Program-made: the position numbers and the translations under genes
Notes under the pieces: generated by a model
What the model was told of the DNA's origin: nothing
Database searches by the model: none
What the model saw: only the letters and a program-made list of their open reading frames with translations
Part shown: one piece after another, positions 11,749-21,355 of the stretch
How positions within the stretch are numbered: position 1 is the stretch's first letter
How the letters are laid out: every line of letters starts with the position of its first letter
DNA from: Bacteroidota bacterium
GTDB lineage: Bacteria > Bacteroidota > Ignavibacteria > Kryptoniales > JAKASW01
Reading direction: 5' to 3'
DNA: 64,000 nt
Assembly: GCA_023480735.1 (NCBI GenBank)
Contig: JAMCXB010000034.1
Coordinates: 9,618-73,617, forward strand

Positions 11749-12621
11749 ATGATATTCAAGGACGTCTTGAAAGAAAGGATCCACCACGATCTGGGATTCG
11801 ATTTCTTCACGAAAGAAGGCTCACCGGATGCCACATTCTCCGTACTCGTCAAGGAGAAGGCTGTCCTGTGCGGGATGATATTTGTGCCCACAATTGTGAA
11901 ACTTGTTGACGAGGAATTCTTTCTTGAGCCGCTGGAGCCGGCAGCTAAGCCGAGGGTCCACGCGATCCGGCGTGACGGAGAGACGGTCGGCGCAGGGGAG
12001 GCTGTGGCGGAGATCTCGGGAAATGCGGAAGTCCTCCTGAAGGCGGAGAGAACGATATGCAATGTCATATCGGAGCTTTCCGGAATTGCGACGCATGTTA
12101 GAAATCAGCTGTCGGCTGTCGGCGGTCAGCATTCAGCATCCGGCGAGAGTGTGTTTCTTTTGGATACTCGCAAGGATGATCCCCTAATGAGATCCGAGCA
12201 TAAATACGCCGTGCGGGTAGGCGGTGCGAGGAATCACCGCGCCGGTTTTTACGACGGTATCCTAATAAAGGACAATGACATTTCTGTATACGGTGGCATA
12301 AGGAAGGCGATTGACGTAAGGCTGGCCGATTCGAAGTTTCTGACGCGAATCGAGATAGAAATCGGAAAGCTGAGCGACCTGAGGTTGGCATTGGATGACG
12401 GACGCGTCGATGCCATTCTGCTTGACAATATGTCGCCGGGAATGCTTCGTGAGGCAGTCTCAATGATAACCAAGTCCGGGCGATCATATTTGGTGGAAGC
12501 TTCAGGGATCGGGGAATACGGTCTGAAAGAAATCTCGGAGACCGGGATCGGATTTATCTCGCTATCTTCGCTCATACGTAAGGCGTCGTACATCGACGTG
12601 TCGATGAAGGCGCTCAGTTAG
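11749..12621 (+). CDS. nadC: nicotinate-nucleotide pyrophosphorylase (quinolinate phosphoribosyltransferase)
   Basis: 290 aa. The motifs are LLDTRKDDP..KYAVRVGGARNHR..ILIKDND..ILLDNM. It completes a pdxB-nadA-nadB-nadC run. Confidence 0.9.
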   Translation: MIFKDVLKERIHHDLGFDFFTKEGSPDATFSVLVKEKAVLCGMIFVPTIVKLVDEEFFLEPLEPAAKPRVHAIRRDGETVGAGEAVAEISGNAEVLLKAERTICNVISELSGIATHVRNQLSAVGGQHSASGESVFLLDTRKDDPLMRSEHKYAVRVGGARNHRAGFYDGILIKDNDISVYGGIRKAIDVRLADSKFLTRIEIEIGKLSDLRLALDDGRVDAILLDNMSPGMLREAVSMITKSGRSYLVEASGIGEYGLKEISETGIGFISLSSLIRKASYIDVSMKALS

Positions 12622-12764
12622 GATCGTCCTTTTTCAAGCGATGATCTGCTAAGCCGACCAGCTGCTGATTACGTCTGCCAAATTTGTCTGACCCAGTTGA
12701 AGAGTCTCTTTAGCCTAACGTGGTGACAATCTCCATTGTCTGCGGTCTCGTTGGCCGGACCTGT

Positions 12765-12880
12765 GTAACCCCTCACTTATAGTTTCTCGCCAAGCCGCTC
12801 GCAAAGCGAACCGCTCGTCAACATTTCTTTGCGTTCTTGGCGCCTTTGCGAGAGAAATAAACCTTTCAGTGAGGCATTAC
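12765..12880 (+). mobile_element. MITE-like element, copy 1
   Basis: 116 nt and about 97% identical to 52927-53046. The terminal inverted repeats are imperfect (GTAACCCCTCACT / AGTGAGGCATTAC). It is flanked by GGACCTGT and CGACCTGT. Confidence 0.75.
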
Positions 12881-12970
12881 CGACCTGTTGCTGCCAAGTC
12901 TTGATAACGAAGCGATTTTTCTGTAACATCATCTTGTTAGTCAGGCCTGCCAACTAACTCTGGAAAGCGA

Positions 12971-14203
12971 ATGCAAAGGAATACGTTTCGAACCGGCATG
13001 AACCCGGGCAGCAGCAATATCATTACCGGAAATGCAAAAGTAGTTCGCAGTATAAATCGTGGGATGATCCTCAATATTATCCGCGAGATGCAGCCGATAT
13101 CAAGGGTGAACATTGCAAGGCTGACCGGTCTGAACAAGAGCACCGTCTCCAGCATCATTTCGAAGCTGCTGGAAGAGGATTTGATAGTCGAACAGGTTAG
13201 TGAGGGGCAGTCCGTCGGTCGTAGTCCGCTGAACTTGTACCTGAAGCTCGGAAAGTCGTACGTCGGGTCCCTTAACATCGATTCCTCAGTGACGCGAACG
13301 GCGATAGCCGACATCGACGGAAGCATAAAGGGGACCTCGTCTATTGATACCGATCCTAAGGATCCCCGCGAGTTCGTGCGCAGGTGCGTGAACGAGCTGC
13401 GGTCGCTTTGCCAGAGCCTGAACATCCGGCATCTCGAGGGACTCGGCGTCAGCATTGGCGGCATCGTCGATTCGAAGAACCTTGTCGTCAACTTTGCTCC
13501 AAACCTGGGATGGGACGACTTCAATATCGGGGACGCAATTCGCGAAGCAATGCCCGAGTTGAAAAGCATATCAGTTGGAAACGATGCGAAGGCGTCCGCA
13601 CTGGCGGAGTTGTGGTTCGGCAGCCATGAAGTGGACTTGAGTAACTTTGTCTTCCTGTCGATCGGGCCAGGCATCGGTTCCGGTATTGTCGTCCAAAACA
13701 GGCTGCTGGACGGGGAATACCAGGCTTCCGGCGAGTTTGGACACATGGTTATCTATGAAGGAGGAGAGCCTTGCACCTGCGGCAACAACGGCTGCTGGGA
13801 AGCATACGCTTCGGACAAGGCGACTGTCAACCGGTACATGAAGAGACAGCCTGGCGCGAGGAGTACGTCCAGCTTCTCGATACAGGACATCGTTGACCTG
13901 GCTAAGGAGGACGATCCTATTGCAGTAGAGATTCTAAAGCAGACGGGTTACTACCTTGGGCTCGGAATCTCCAATATCATAAAAGCCATTGACCCGCATG
14001 TGATTATCATTGGTGGGCGTATAACACAGGCGTGGGAACTGGTTTATCCTGAAATTATGACCGTCGTGACGAAGCGTGCATACTTCGGACGGAAGAAAAG
14101 CATCAAAATCCTGCCTACTTCTTTGAACGTTCTGCCTCGCTTATTGGGGGCTGCGACGCTTGCCATTCAAGAGATATTCAACGGATACAAAATAACGGAC
14201 TGA
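12971..14203 (+). CDS. ROK-family transcriptional regulator
   Basis: 410 aa. It has an N-terminal winged HTH (ISRVNIARLTGLNKSTVSSIISKL) and a ROK body with the zinc motif GHM..CTCGNNGCWE. The long antisense ORF at 12937-13746 is a shadow ORF. Confidence 0.9.
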   Translation: MQRNTFRTGMNPGSSNIITGNAKVVRSINRGMILNIIREMQPISRVNIARLTGLNKSTVSSIISKLLEEDLIVEQVSEGQSVGRSPLNLYLKLGKSYVGSLNIDSSVTRTAIADIDGSIKGTSSIDTDPKDPREFVRRCVNELRSLCQSLNIRHLEGLGVSIGGIVDSKNLVVNFAPNLGWDDFNIGDAIREAMPELKSISVGNDAKASALAELWFGSHEVDLSNFVFLSIGPGIGSGIVVQNRLLDGEYQASGEFGHMVIYEGGEPCTCGNNGCWEAYASDKATVNRYMKRQPGARSTSSFSIQDIVDLAKEDDPIAVEILKQTGYYLGLGISNIIKAIDPHVIIIGGRITQAWELVYPEIMTVVTKRAYFGRKKSIKILPTSLNVLPRLLGAATLAIQEIFNGYKITD

Positions 14204-14477
14204 CCTTCTGGTGAAGTAATCGGTTGGAGAATTCCCTCCGGTCTTTTTCCTCGAATTCGAAACCTTACTTGAGCTGTGGACGTACAGATTAATTGGCGTG
14301 GACAACAGTAGAATTGCGAGCCTGGTTCTCGAAACCGTTCCTTTTTGTGTTCCGGATGTCGGGATCAGAAGAGAAGGCGGAAAAGTATTTGAGACTGGTT
14401 ACCGACAATGGGACGCTGGCGAAGTATGAATGCGAGCCCGGGAGTGGTTATCGCTCCTCATGTTCCGCAGGGCGGAG

Positions 14478-16337
14478 CTATTGCCGCGAGTATTCTCCGC
14501 TCTCTTTTGCGCCGGTTGGAGTCGGGCCTGCATGGGATTTACCTTTCACGTGCTCCAGGTAGAGAACGCTGTTTATCAACCCGATGTGGCTGAATGCCTG
14601 TGGGAGGTTACCAAGCTGCTTCCCGGTTTCCGGATCAATCTCTTCTGAGAAAAGTCCGGTCCTGCCTGCGTATTTTACCACCTTGTTCAGTATCGCCTCC
14701 GCTTCCGAAATACGGTCGGAAAGGGCGAGTGCTTTGACAAGCCAGAATGAGCAAAGAAGGAAAGCCCCTTCTTTACCCGACAACCCATCTGCGCCGAGGT
14801 AACGGTAAACGAGTCCTGATTCTGTCGTGAGGTGCGCGCGAGTCGCATCTAGCGTTCCCTGCATTCTCGGGTCATCTATCGGGAGAAACTCCATGATGGG
14901 TATCATCAGGCTTGTCGCATCGAGCGTCTTGGAGCCGAAAGACTGCACGAAGCTCCCGAGATCTTTATCGTATCCCTTCTCAAGTATCGCTTCCTTTATT
15001 TCGTCTCGCACCTTCTTCCAATTGTCCAGCGGCGCCTTGTATTTCCTTTGCTGAGCAATCTTTATCCCGCGGTCAAGCGCCACCCAGCACATCAACTTCG
15101 AATAGACAAAATGACGCGGGCCGCCGCGCACTTCCCAGATTCCGGAGTCTGGAGTGTCCCACACTTCGCAGACGTAATCGACGATTCTCACGACGAACTC
15201 CAGCTCGCCGTCCGGTAATTCTTCGCCATATCTCTCTGTCTCGTAAATAGCGTTGATGAGCTCTCCGAATATGTCGAGCTGTCTCTGCTTTGCCGCGCCG
15301 TTGCCGATCCTGACGGGTTTAGAATGCTTGTAGCCTTCGAGATGCTCGAGCTCTATCTCCTGAAGGTCAGTCTCGCCGTGCATGCCGTACATGATCTGGA
15401 TTTGTGAGGGGTCGGGGTTTTTCCTGCAAATGTCTACAAACCAGCGCAGATGTTTCCGTGCTTCATCGTAATGCCCGATGTTGTAGAGGGCCTGCACGGT
15501 GAACGACGCATCCCGGATCCAGTTGTACCTGTAATCCCAGTTCCGTCCGCCACCGATAGATTCCGGCAGGGAAGTGGTCGGCGCAGCGCAAATCGCGCCG
15601 GCTTTTTCGTGCGTGAGCAGTTTCAGAACGAGGCCGGAGCGAATGACGAGGTCCCGCCATGGACCCTCGAACAGAGTCGCGTCTGCTGCACCTTTATTAA
15701 CCCAATCATTCCAGTACTTGAGCGTGGCATCCAGCTCTTTTGCGCATTCATCCGGTGTCTTCTGTATCTTCTCGGCATATTGGAGAACGAACCACAGTTC
15801 CTCTCCTTCTGTCATGTCCAAAACCGCGGTCGCCGTGGCGCCGCTGATTTCGAACTTCAACTTTGTTTGCAGAAAGAGTTCTCGTCTTGAGGATAGTGCT
15901 TCCAAGCCTCCTTCTACGGAGACCAGTTTTGTCTGATTCCGGGCGTAATTGAAGCGCGGTGAAAATTCGACATCGAAATTCACGATACCTTTGGTGCATA
16001 CGAGTTTCCTGTAGACGACCTGGTGTCCTTGTTTGCCTGGAGCGCATTCCGATCTAAGCGGCATGAAGTCTGTAAGCACGGCGGTACCTTTATCGGTCTG
16101 GAACCTTGTCCGGAGGACATTCGTGTCGGCGACATATTGCTGCCTGGATTCGTAGCTGCCAGACGGGGTTATCGAAAAGCGTCCTCCTTTTTCGTGGTCG
16201 AGGATTGCCGTGAAGACGCCGGGCGATTCGATGTGCGGGAAGCAGCACCAGTCGATGGAGCCGTCGTCGCCTATCAAGGCACAGGTGTCGAGATTTCCGA
16301 TGATTCCATATCTCTCAAGGTCTTTATAGTCTGACAT
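14478..16337 (-). CDS. glycoside hydrolase family 15 (glucoamylase/trehalase-like)
   Basis: 619 aa. It has the N-terminal YGIIGNLDTCALIGDDGSIDWCCFP and the catalytic-domain blocks NWDYRYNWIRDASF and WEVRGGPRHFVYSKLMCWVALDRG. Confidence 0.9.
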   Translation of the reverse strand: MSDYKDLERYGIIGNLDTCALIGDDGSIDWCCFPHIESPGVFTAILDHEKGGRFSITPSGSYESRQQYVADTNVLRTRFQTDKGTAVLTDFMPLRSECAPGKQGHQVVYRKLVCTKGIVNFDVEFSPRFNYARNQTKLVSVEGGLEALSSRRELFLQTKLKFEISGATATAVLDMTEGEELWFVLQYAEKIQKTPDECAKELDATLKYWNDWVNKGAADATLFEGPWRDLVIRSGLVLKLLTHEKAGAICAAPTTSLPESIGGGRNWDYRYNWIRDASFTVQALYNIGHYDEARKHLRWFVDICRKNPDPSQIQIMYGMHGETDLQEIELEHLEGYKHSKPVRIGNGAAKQRQLDIFGELINAIYETERYGEELPDGELEFVVRIVDYVCEVWDTPDSGIWEVRGGPRHFVYSKLMCWVALDRGIKIAQQRKYKAPLDNWKKVRDEIKEAILEKGYDKDLGSFVQSFGSKTLDATSLMIPIMEFLPIDDPRMQGTLDATRAHLTTESGLVYRYLGADGLSGKEGAFLLCSFWLVKALALSDRISEAEAILNKVVKYAGRTGLFSEEIDPETGKQLGNLPQAFSHIGLINSVLYLEHVKGKSHAGPTPTGAKESGEYSRQ

Positions 16338-16699
16338 TTGTCTCCTTCAAGCAGCGGGAATTTAAGCCGCATAGTTAAACGCTGTTTTGAAAATTAGCCG
16401 ATGGGAAGTTTCCCGACAATCGTCATATCAAGAGTGTGTTTTTATTCTTCATTGAGTTTGAAAAAGGCTTCGCCGTCATCGAGCAGATTAATCCCCTTCG
16501 GGGATTCCATCAGAACAATCCCTGAGCCTATCGAGAATCACGTCCTGTAATGCTTGGTTTCCCAAATATCCGTTTCGGGAGAAGGGATTCACAAAGCAAG
16601 CTCATGAAATTAGATCCCATTGTGAGTAAACTGCTATCGGTTATCTTCCGGGCAATGGCGCTTCAGGTATACTCTCGGCGCCGTTCACTCCGACCGCCG

Positions 16700-17286
16700 T
16701 TATTCCGAATATGTAATTGTCTTTAGACATTCCTCTTCACCGGCAAGGCATATAAAAATGATGTTGGCGTCCGGCTTGAAATGTGTAGAGGTAAATGCGC
16801 GAGCGGCCTCTAGGACGAGGGAAACACCGCTGCCGTCGTCGGCGCCGGTGGCGTCGGACGTGTCATTCATTATATTGGTGCACATGGAGTCGTAGTGTCC
16901 GGAGACCACTATGTAACTGCCTTTCACTCCTTCCTTTCCCCGGAGCACTGCATGCACGTTCACGAGGACCGCCGGCTTCGGTATCAATGGGACGCTGCTG
17001 AGGACGAACCTGTCCTCATAGACTTTGAAGTCGGGATCATTCCTTGCGAAGGATTCGAACCTGGACCGGAGCCATCTTCGGGCGGCGCCGATGCCTCTGG
17101 TATTGCTTGTCGTATCGGACAGAGTGTGCCTCGTGCCGAATCCGGCGAGCGTATAGTCGTCGGATCTGAGCGAATCGGGAGAGATTATCTTGAGCATCTC
17201 CTCGACCTTCGAGTCGGCACAACCTGGCCGGCGACGAGCGATGCGGTGAGGATTGTATATGCGATTACTTTGTAGAAGAGGTGCAC
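16700..17286 (-). pseudogene. M28-family peptidase remnant (5' frameshift, 3' truncation)
   Basis: An AGGAG-N7-GTG start (17286) gives the signal peptide VHLFYKVIAYTILTASLVAG.., which stops at 17185. The M28 body (..TRHTLSDTTSNTRGIGAARRWL..VVSGHYDS..GADDGSGVS..LAGEEE) is in the frame shifted by one missing nt. It ends right after the GEE motif, so the C-terminal half is absent. Confidence 0.75.
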
Positions 17287-17335
17287 GTAGAAACTCCTTG
17301 CCTTCGATTCAATGTAAAGCTTCCACCGCGATGTC

Positions 17336-17382
17336 TGCAACAGTTTTGTTGCATTTATAGGCATATGTGCCTACATTGCAAC
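17336..17382. promoter_or_regulatory. candidate operator: three TGCAAC/GTTGCA half-sites upstream of the permease
   Basis: TGCAAC-N6-GTTGCA-N23-TGCAAC, with an inner AGGCA-TATG-TGCCT palindrome. It ends 30 nt before ATG 17412. Confidence 0.35.
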
Positions 17383-17411
17383 TCGTTAACATAAACTATG
17401 AGGTCTGTGGG

Positions 17412-18890
17412 ATGAACCTTTTCCGTACGAAGAAACTCAGCGACATCATAGCGGATAGTGAAAAGCCCGAATACAAACTCAAGCGCAGCCTGAATGCGTT
17501 CGACCTGACGACACTCGGTGTCGGTGCAATCATCGGGGCGGGCATCTTCGCAATGACAGGCACAGCCGCTGCAGGCAGCTCAAACTATGCCGGTGCCGGT
17601 CCCGCTCTTGTCATCTCCTTCATACTTACAGGGATCGCCTGCGGTTTCGCAGCGCTCTGTTATGCCGAGATAGCATCCATGATACCGATCGCCGGAAGCG
17701 CTTACACCTATTCTTACGCTTCGCTCGGCGAGCTGGTCGCCTGGATAATCGGCTGGGATCTCATACTCGAGTACGCGGTCGGTAACATAGCCGTTGCCAT
17801 AAGCTGGGCCGGCTACTTCCAGGAACTGCTCCGCGGATTCGGCATAAACATTCCATGGTATCTTGTTACGGACTACCGTACCACTTTAGCCACGCCCGGG
17901 CTGATCGACAAGGCCCCGCACCTGTTCGGGGTGCCGATTGTCTTTAATCTGTTCGCGGTCCTCATCGTCGCGTTGATAACTTACATACTTGTAATAGGAA
18001 TCAAAGAAAGCGCACGATTCAATTCCATAATGGTAGTAATTAAACTCGCGATCCTTCTCTTTTTCATCGGAATCGGCATATTCTTCATCAAACCTGCTAA
18101 CTGGACCCCGTTTGCCCCGAACGGCTGGAAGGGAATACAGACCGGCGCAGCCATTGTCTTTTTCGCCTATATAGGATTCGACGCGGTTTCTACGGCGGCG
18201 GAGGAGACCAAGAACCCTTCGAAGACATTACCGATCGGTATGATTGCATCACTGGCGATTTCGACCGTCCTTTATATAGCCGTCGCGCTTGTCCTGACCG
18301 GGCTCGTTCCCTACACTAAGCTTGCAACGGCCGAACCGCTGTCATTGGCCTTCCACATAATCCATCTCGATTGGGCCGCCGGCATAGTGGCTTTCGGCGC
18401 GGTAATCGCGACGACCGCCGTCCTTCTTGTGTTCCAGCTTGGCCAGCCCAGGATTCTCTTCTCTATGTCGCGCGACGGACTTCTTCCTCCGAGTTTTTCG
18501 AAAGTTCATCCTAAATACCGGACACCGTATGTTCCGACCATTCTCACCGGTCTCTTCGTCGCTTTCTTTGCTGCCATCGCCAATATCAGCGAAGCTGCGG
18601 AGCTCACAAACATCGGCACCCTCTTCGCTTTCGTACTCGTCTGCATCGGCGTCCTCGTGCTTCGAGTCAAGGAACCCGATGCCAAGAGAGGATTCAGGAC
18701 CCCGCTGGTGCCGTTCGTGCCGATAATGGGGATACTGTTCTGTATCTACCTTATGATGGGTCTGCCGGAGATCACGTGGCTGCGTTTCGTGATCTGGCTG
18801 GCGATAGGGCTGGTCATCTATTTTATGTACGGAAGGTGGCACAGCAAGCTGCGAACCGAACCTGCCATACAGGAAGGAGCTGCAAAATGA
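17412..18890 (+). CDS. amino-acid permease (APC/cationic amino-acid transporter type)
   Basis: A multi-TM protein with AFDLTTLGVGAIIGAGIF and GSAYTYSY blocks. ATG 17412 gives the usual N-terminus. The ORF-track start at 17367 is probably an upstream extension. Confidence 0.9.
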   Translation: MNLFRTKKLSDIIADSEKPEYKLKRSLNAFDLTTLGVGAIIGAGIFAMTGTAAAGSSNYAGAGPALVISFILTGIACGFAALCYAEIASMIPIAGSAYTYSYASLGELVAWIIGWDLILEYAVGNIAVAISWAGYFQELLRGFGINIPWYLVTDYRTTLATPGLIDKAPHLFGVPIVFNLFAVLIVALITYILVIGIKESARFNSIMVVIKLAILLFFIGIGIFFIKPANWTPFAPNGWKGIQTGAAIVFFAYIGFDAVSTAAEETKNPSKTLPIGMIASLAISTVLYIAVALVLTGLVPYTKLATAEPLSLAFHIIHLDWAAGIVAFGAVIATTAVLLVFQLGQPRILFSMSRDGLLPPSFSKVHPKYRTPYVPTILTGLFVAFFAAIANISEAAELTNIGTLFAFVLVCIGVLVLRVKEPDAKRGFRTPLVPFVPIMGILFCIYLMMGLPEITWLRFVIWLAIGLVIYFMYGRWHSKLRTEPAIQEGAAK

Positions 18891-19870
18891 GAAAGCGTTT
18901 CTTCATTTCTGTCGCATTGTTAATAGCATCGGTTCTGGCTGTAGCACTGCCTAAAAGCGGGAGTGCACAGGAGCGATCCGGCAAGTACACGATTGTGATT
19001 CATGGCGGTGCCGGGACGATAAGCGAATCAATGCCGGAGGCCGTGAAAACTCAGTACTATGCCGCGTTGAAGCATGCACTCACTATCGGGAGAGATGTAC
19101 TGGCGAACGGCGGCACCAGCATGGAAGCTGTGGAGAAGGTAATCAGATATTTCGAGACTGATCCGAAATTCAATGCCGGGATAGGAGCCGTCTTTACTTC
19201 AGCCGGGCGTCATGAACTGGACGCCGCAATAATGAACGGCGCGACTCTCCAATGCGGCGCGGTCGCGGGCGTGGAACATGTCGCGCACCCGATCACTCTC
19301 GCGAAGTTAGTCATGGAAAAGACACCTCATATTCTCCTCGCGTACCAGGGTGCCGACGCCTTCGCCGTCAAAATGGGAATGAAGCCTGTGCCGAACAGCT
19401 ACTTCAACACGCCCGAAAGAAAGACCGAGCTGGAAAAGTGGATGAAACGCCTTAAGGACCACGATCATGGAACGGTAGGCTGTGTGTGCCTCGACGAGTA
19501 CGGGAATCTTGCCGCGGGGACTTCGACGGGCGGCTTGACGGGGAAGATGCCGGGCAGAATCGGAGATTCGCCGCTGGTCGGCGACGGCACTTACGCCAAC
19601 AACAAGACTTGTGCGGTCTCGGGGACGGGTATCGGCGAAGAGTATATGAGGAATGCCGTCGGGTTCAACATCAATGCTTTGATGGCATACAAGGGAATGT
19701 CGTTGAAGGACGCGGTGCATTATATCATCCATGATGTCCTCAAGCCGGGCGACGGCGGAGTCATCGCGGTCGACAGGCACGGTAACTACGCGATGGACTT
19801 CAACACGACCGGCATGTTCCGCGGAGTCGCGACCTCGACGGGGACATTCGAAGTGAAGATTTGGAAATAG
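18887..19870 (+). CDS. isoaspartyl peptidase / L-asparaginase (Ntn hydrolase)
   Basis: It has the signal peptide MRKRFFISVALLIASVLAVA, the autoprocessing site HGTVGCV and GTSTGG. The ATG overlaps the permease stop (ATGA). Confidence 0.9.
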   Translation: MRKRFFISVALLIASVLAVALPKSGSAQERSGKYTIVIHGGAGTISESMPEAVKTQYYAALKHALTIGRDVLANGGTSMEAVEKVIRYFETDPKFNAGIGAVFTSAGRHELDAAIMNGATLQCGAVAGVEHVAHPITLAKLVMEKTPHILLAYQGADAFAVKMGMKPVPNSYFNTPERKTELEKWMKRLKDHDHGTVGCVCLDEYGNLAAGTSTGGLTGKMPGRIGDSPLVGDGTYANNKTCAVSGTGIGEEYMRNAVGFNINALMAYKGMSLKDAVHYIIHDVLKPGDGGVIAVDRHGNYAMDFNTTGMFRGVATSTGTFEVKIWK

Positions 19871-19970
19871 TCCGACAGGGATAGCGGCAGGTACCCATAT
19901 TTGGACCCGGGCGCCTTCGCAAGGTTGCTTTGGCCAAACCGCAGAGACCTTGCGGGGGCACAGGAGAGAT

Positions 19971-20033
19971 TCGGCTTCACCCTGTCCCTCTCCTGTTGCA
20001 CGGGAAGAAGGCATCGGAAAGGAGAGGGGACGT
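19971..20033 (+). repeat. hairpin element C (diverged member of the A/B family)
   Basis: GGCTTCACCC is followed by the stem GTCCCTCTCCT..AGGAGAGGGGAC (one bulge). It lies about 100 nt downstream of the asparaginase stop. Confidence 0.45.
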
Positions 20034-20247
20034 AAATTGGGAATGATTGCCGAAGAACTGGTAACTCTCAAATGGCTCGATGCACCAATTCCTACAGATA
20101 AAAGCATCTACGATGACGATATTTCCGTGTCGCCCGACTTCCTCTACACGCTTACCAAAAATGCTTGCGAATACATGCTTAAGAACAAAATTAGCCCCTT
20201 TCATGAGCAAACCCGATAAGCATGATCATTAATTGAAAGGACAACAC

Positions 20248-20691
20248 ATGAGAACCTTAGTATCTGTGGGAAGAGTTGCGCTACCTCTCATAGCTTTCAT
20301 GGTTACCTGTTCGTCCTGTAGTAAAGGAGGAGTAACTCAACCCACTTTCCAAAGTGCATATGAGCAATGGCGGTCCCATAATCTCCATGATTACACCATA
20401 GACCAGAAGCTCACGTGCTTCTGCCCATATAGTGGCCAACTTGTTCAGGTCACGGTGCGAGCCGACACTGTTGCGAGTGTGACGAGAATCTCGGACGGCA
20501 ACCTACTGCCACGTTCAATCTACGTTACGGTGGATTCTCTTTTTGGGATAATTCGGAATTCCATGAACGACTCCCTTGACATTCGCTATAATGCTGAGTA
20601 TGGATATCCTGAATACCTTGACGTCAACCCTCAACTTCATCCAGTTGACGGAGGCTTTCTCTTCGAAACCTCAGATCTGAGTGTTCCGTGA
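20248..20691 (+). CDS. small lipoprotein of unknown function
   Basis: It has the lipobox LIAFMVTC and is 147 aa from ATG 20248. The C-terminal YNAEYGYPEYLDVNP resembles DUF6174-type lipoproteins. That assignment is from memory and has low certainty. Confidence 0.6.
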   Translation: MRTLVSVGRVALPLIAFMVTCSSCSKGGVTQPTFQSAYEQWRSHNLHDYTIDQKLTCFCPYSGQLVQVTVRADTVASVTRISDGNLLPRSIYVTVDSLFGIIRNSMNDSLDIRYNAEYGYPEYLDVNPQLHPVDGGFLFETSDLSVP

Positions 20692-20720
20692 CGCACAAAC
20701 GGCGGCTTACAACCGCAAAA

Positions 20721-20836
20721 AAGATGCTCGATTATTGTATATGATGGAACTCGCTTCATGCCGTTTGGTAACATAATAGGAGGAGACTTAGAATGAACAG
20801 ATATGATACCAAACGGCACGACTTTGTTCCACCATA
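20721..20836 (+). repeat. hairpin element A
   Basis: The left flank is AAGATGCTCG..TTGTATATGATGGAACTCGCTTCA. The stem is TGCCGTTTGGTA (20759-20770) / TACCAAACGGCA (20807-20818) with a 36-nt loop. The right flank is CGACTTTGTTCC. Confidence 0.6.
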
Positions 20837-20893
20837 CTACTTGTGCAATGGCGCGGGCGTTGCCATACAATCATTGTAAGTGTAAATTAACTC

Positions 20894-21355
20894 ATGGCAA
20901 AGGCTGTTTATGTTGATAATTCGGTGATTGGCGGCTACTACGACACGGAGTTTGCAGTCTACTCACGGCGTTTGTTCCACGAATTTCGCCTTGGTCTTTA
21001 CAATCCGGTCGTCTCAACAATAACTGAGACTGAGATCAGCGAGGCTCCTGAACGAGTCAGGGGTGTTTACACTGAATTGAAGGAGATGGCGGAAATAATC
21101 GAGCCGACTGAGGAAGCCATTGAGCTTGCTGACTGATACTTAGTAGAAGGTGGTCTCACAAAGAGGATGAGAACCGACTGCTTACACGTTGCCACTGCTA
21201 CCATACATCGCATTCCATTGCTTACCAGTTGGAATTTTCGTGATATTGTCAACGTAAACAAGATAGTCGTTTTTCATTCTGTGAACATAAAGTTGGGCCA
21301 CCTGTTGGTGGAAATAAGAAGTCCAAGGGAGTTATTGCATGAAGAAGACATTTGA
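20894..21355 (+). pseudogene. PIN-domain (VapC-like) toxin interrupted by one in-frame TGA
   Basis: ORFs 20894-21136 and 21167-21355 are in the same frame. Read through TGA 21134-21136, they give one 153-codon PIN protein (VYVDNSVIGGYYD..TETEISEAPERV..RTDCLHVATA..TSWNFRDIV). Confidence 0.8.

Noticed and set aside
12937-13746. Long antisense ORFs: 12937-13746 (-), 25586-26830 (-), 21525-22337 (+), 8901-9707 (-), 38045-38851 (-), 35205-35852 (-), 29065-29682 (-) and many shorter ones in the track.
   Set aside because: Each lies opposite a gene with strong family-level motifs (the ROK regulator, bshC, higBA, nadA, nuoL, nuoH, trpC). Their translations are low-complexity or Arg/Ser/Pro-rich, as is typical of shadow frames.
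17051-17061. GGATTCGAACC, the reverse complement of a typical tRNA T-arm/acceptor junction.
   Set aside because: It lies inside the M28 peptidase reading frame (..RFESFARN..), and no cloverleaf can be drawn around it. I recognised no tRNA or rRNA anywhere in the window.
20043-20219. Small ORFs in the islet spacers: a 58-aa ORF (20043-20219, MIAEELVTLKWLDAPIPTDKSIYDDD..), and a 28-aa ORF with a strong AGGAGG RBS inside the loop of element A (20793-20879, MNRYDTKRHDFVPPYYLCNGAGVAIQSL).
   Set aside because: I recognise no family and cannot assess conservation from one sequence. The 28-aa ORF runs through the repeat arm. I did not annotate them as genes, but they could be tested by TBLASTN or ribosome profiling.
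21134-21136. TGA reassignment (to Gly or Trp) or selenocysteine as an explanation for the in-frame TGAs. This was tempting because the TGA at 57361 aligns with a Gly in the paralogue.
   Set aside because: TGA terminates trpD, trpF, aroA, the ROK regulator, the CBS/CorC gene, the permease and the lipoprotein at their expected ends, and downstream genes start right there. The affected genes are all accessory and also carry TAG stops or frameshifts. I saw no obvious SECIS-like context.
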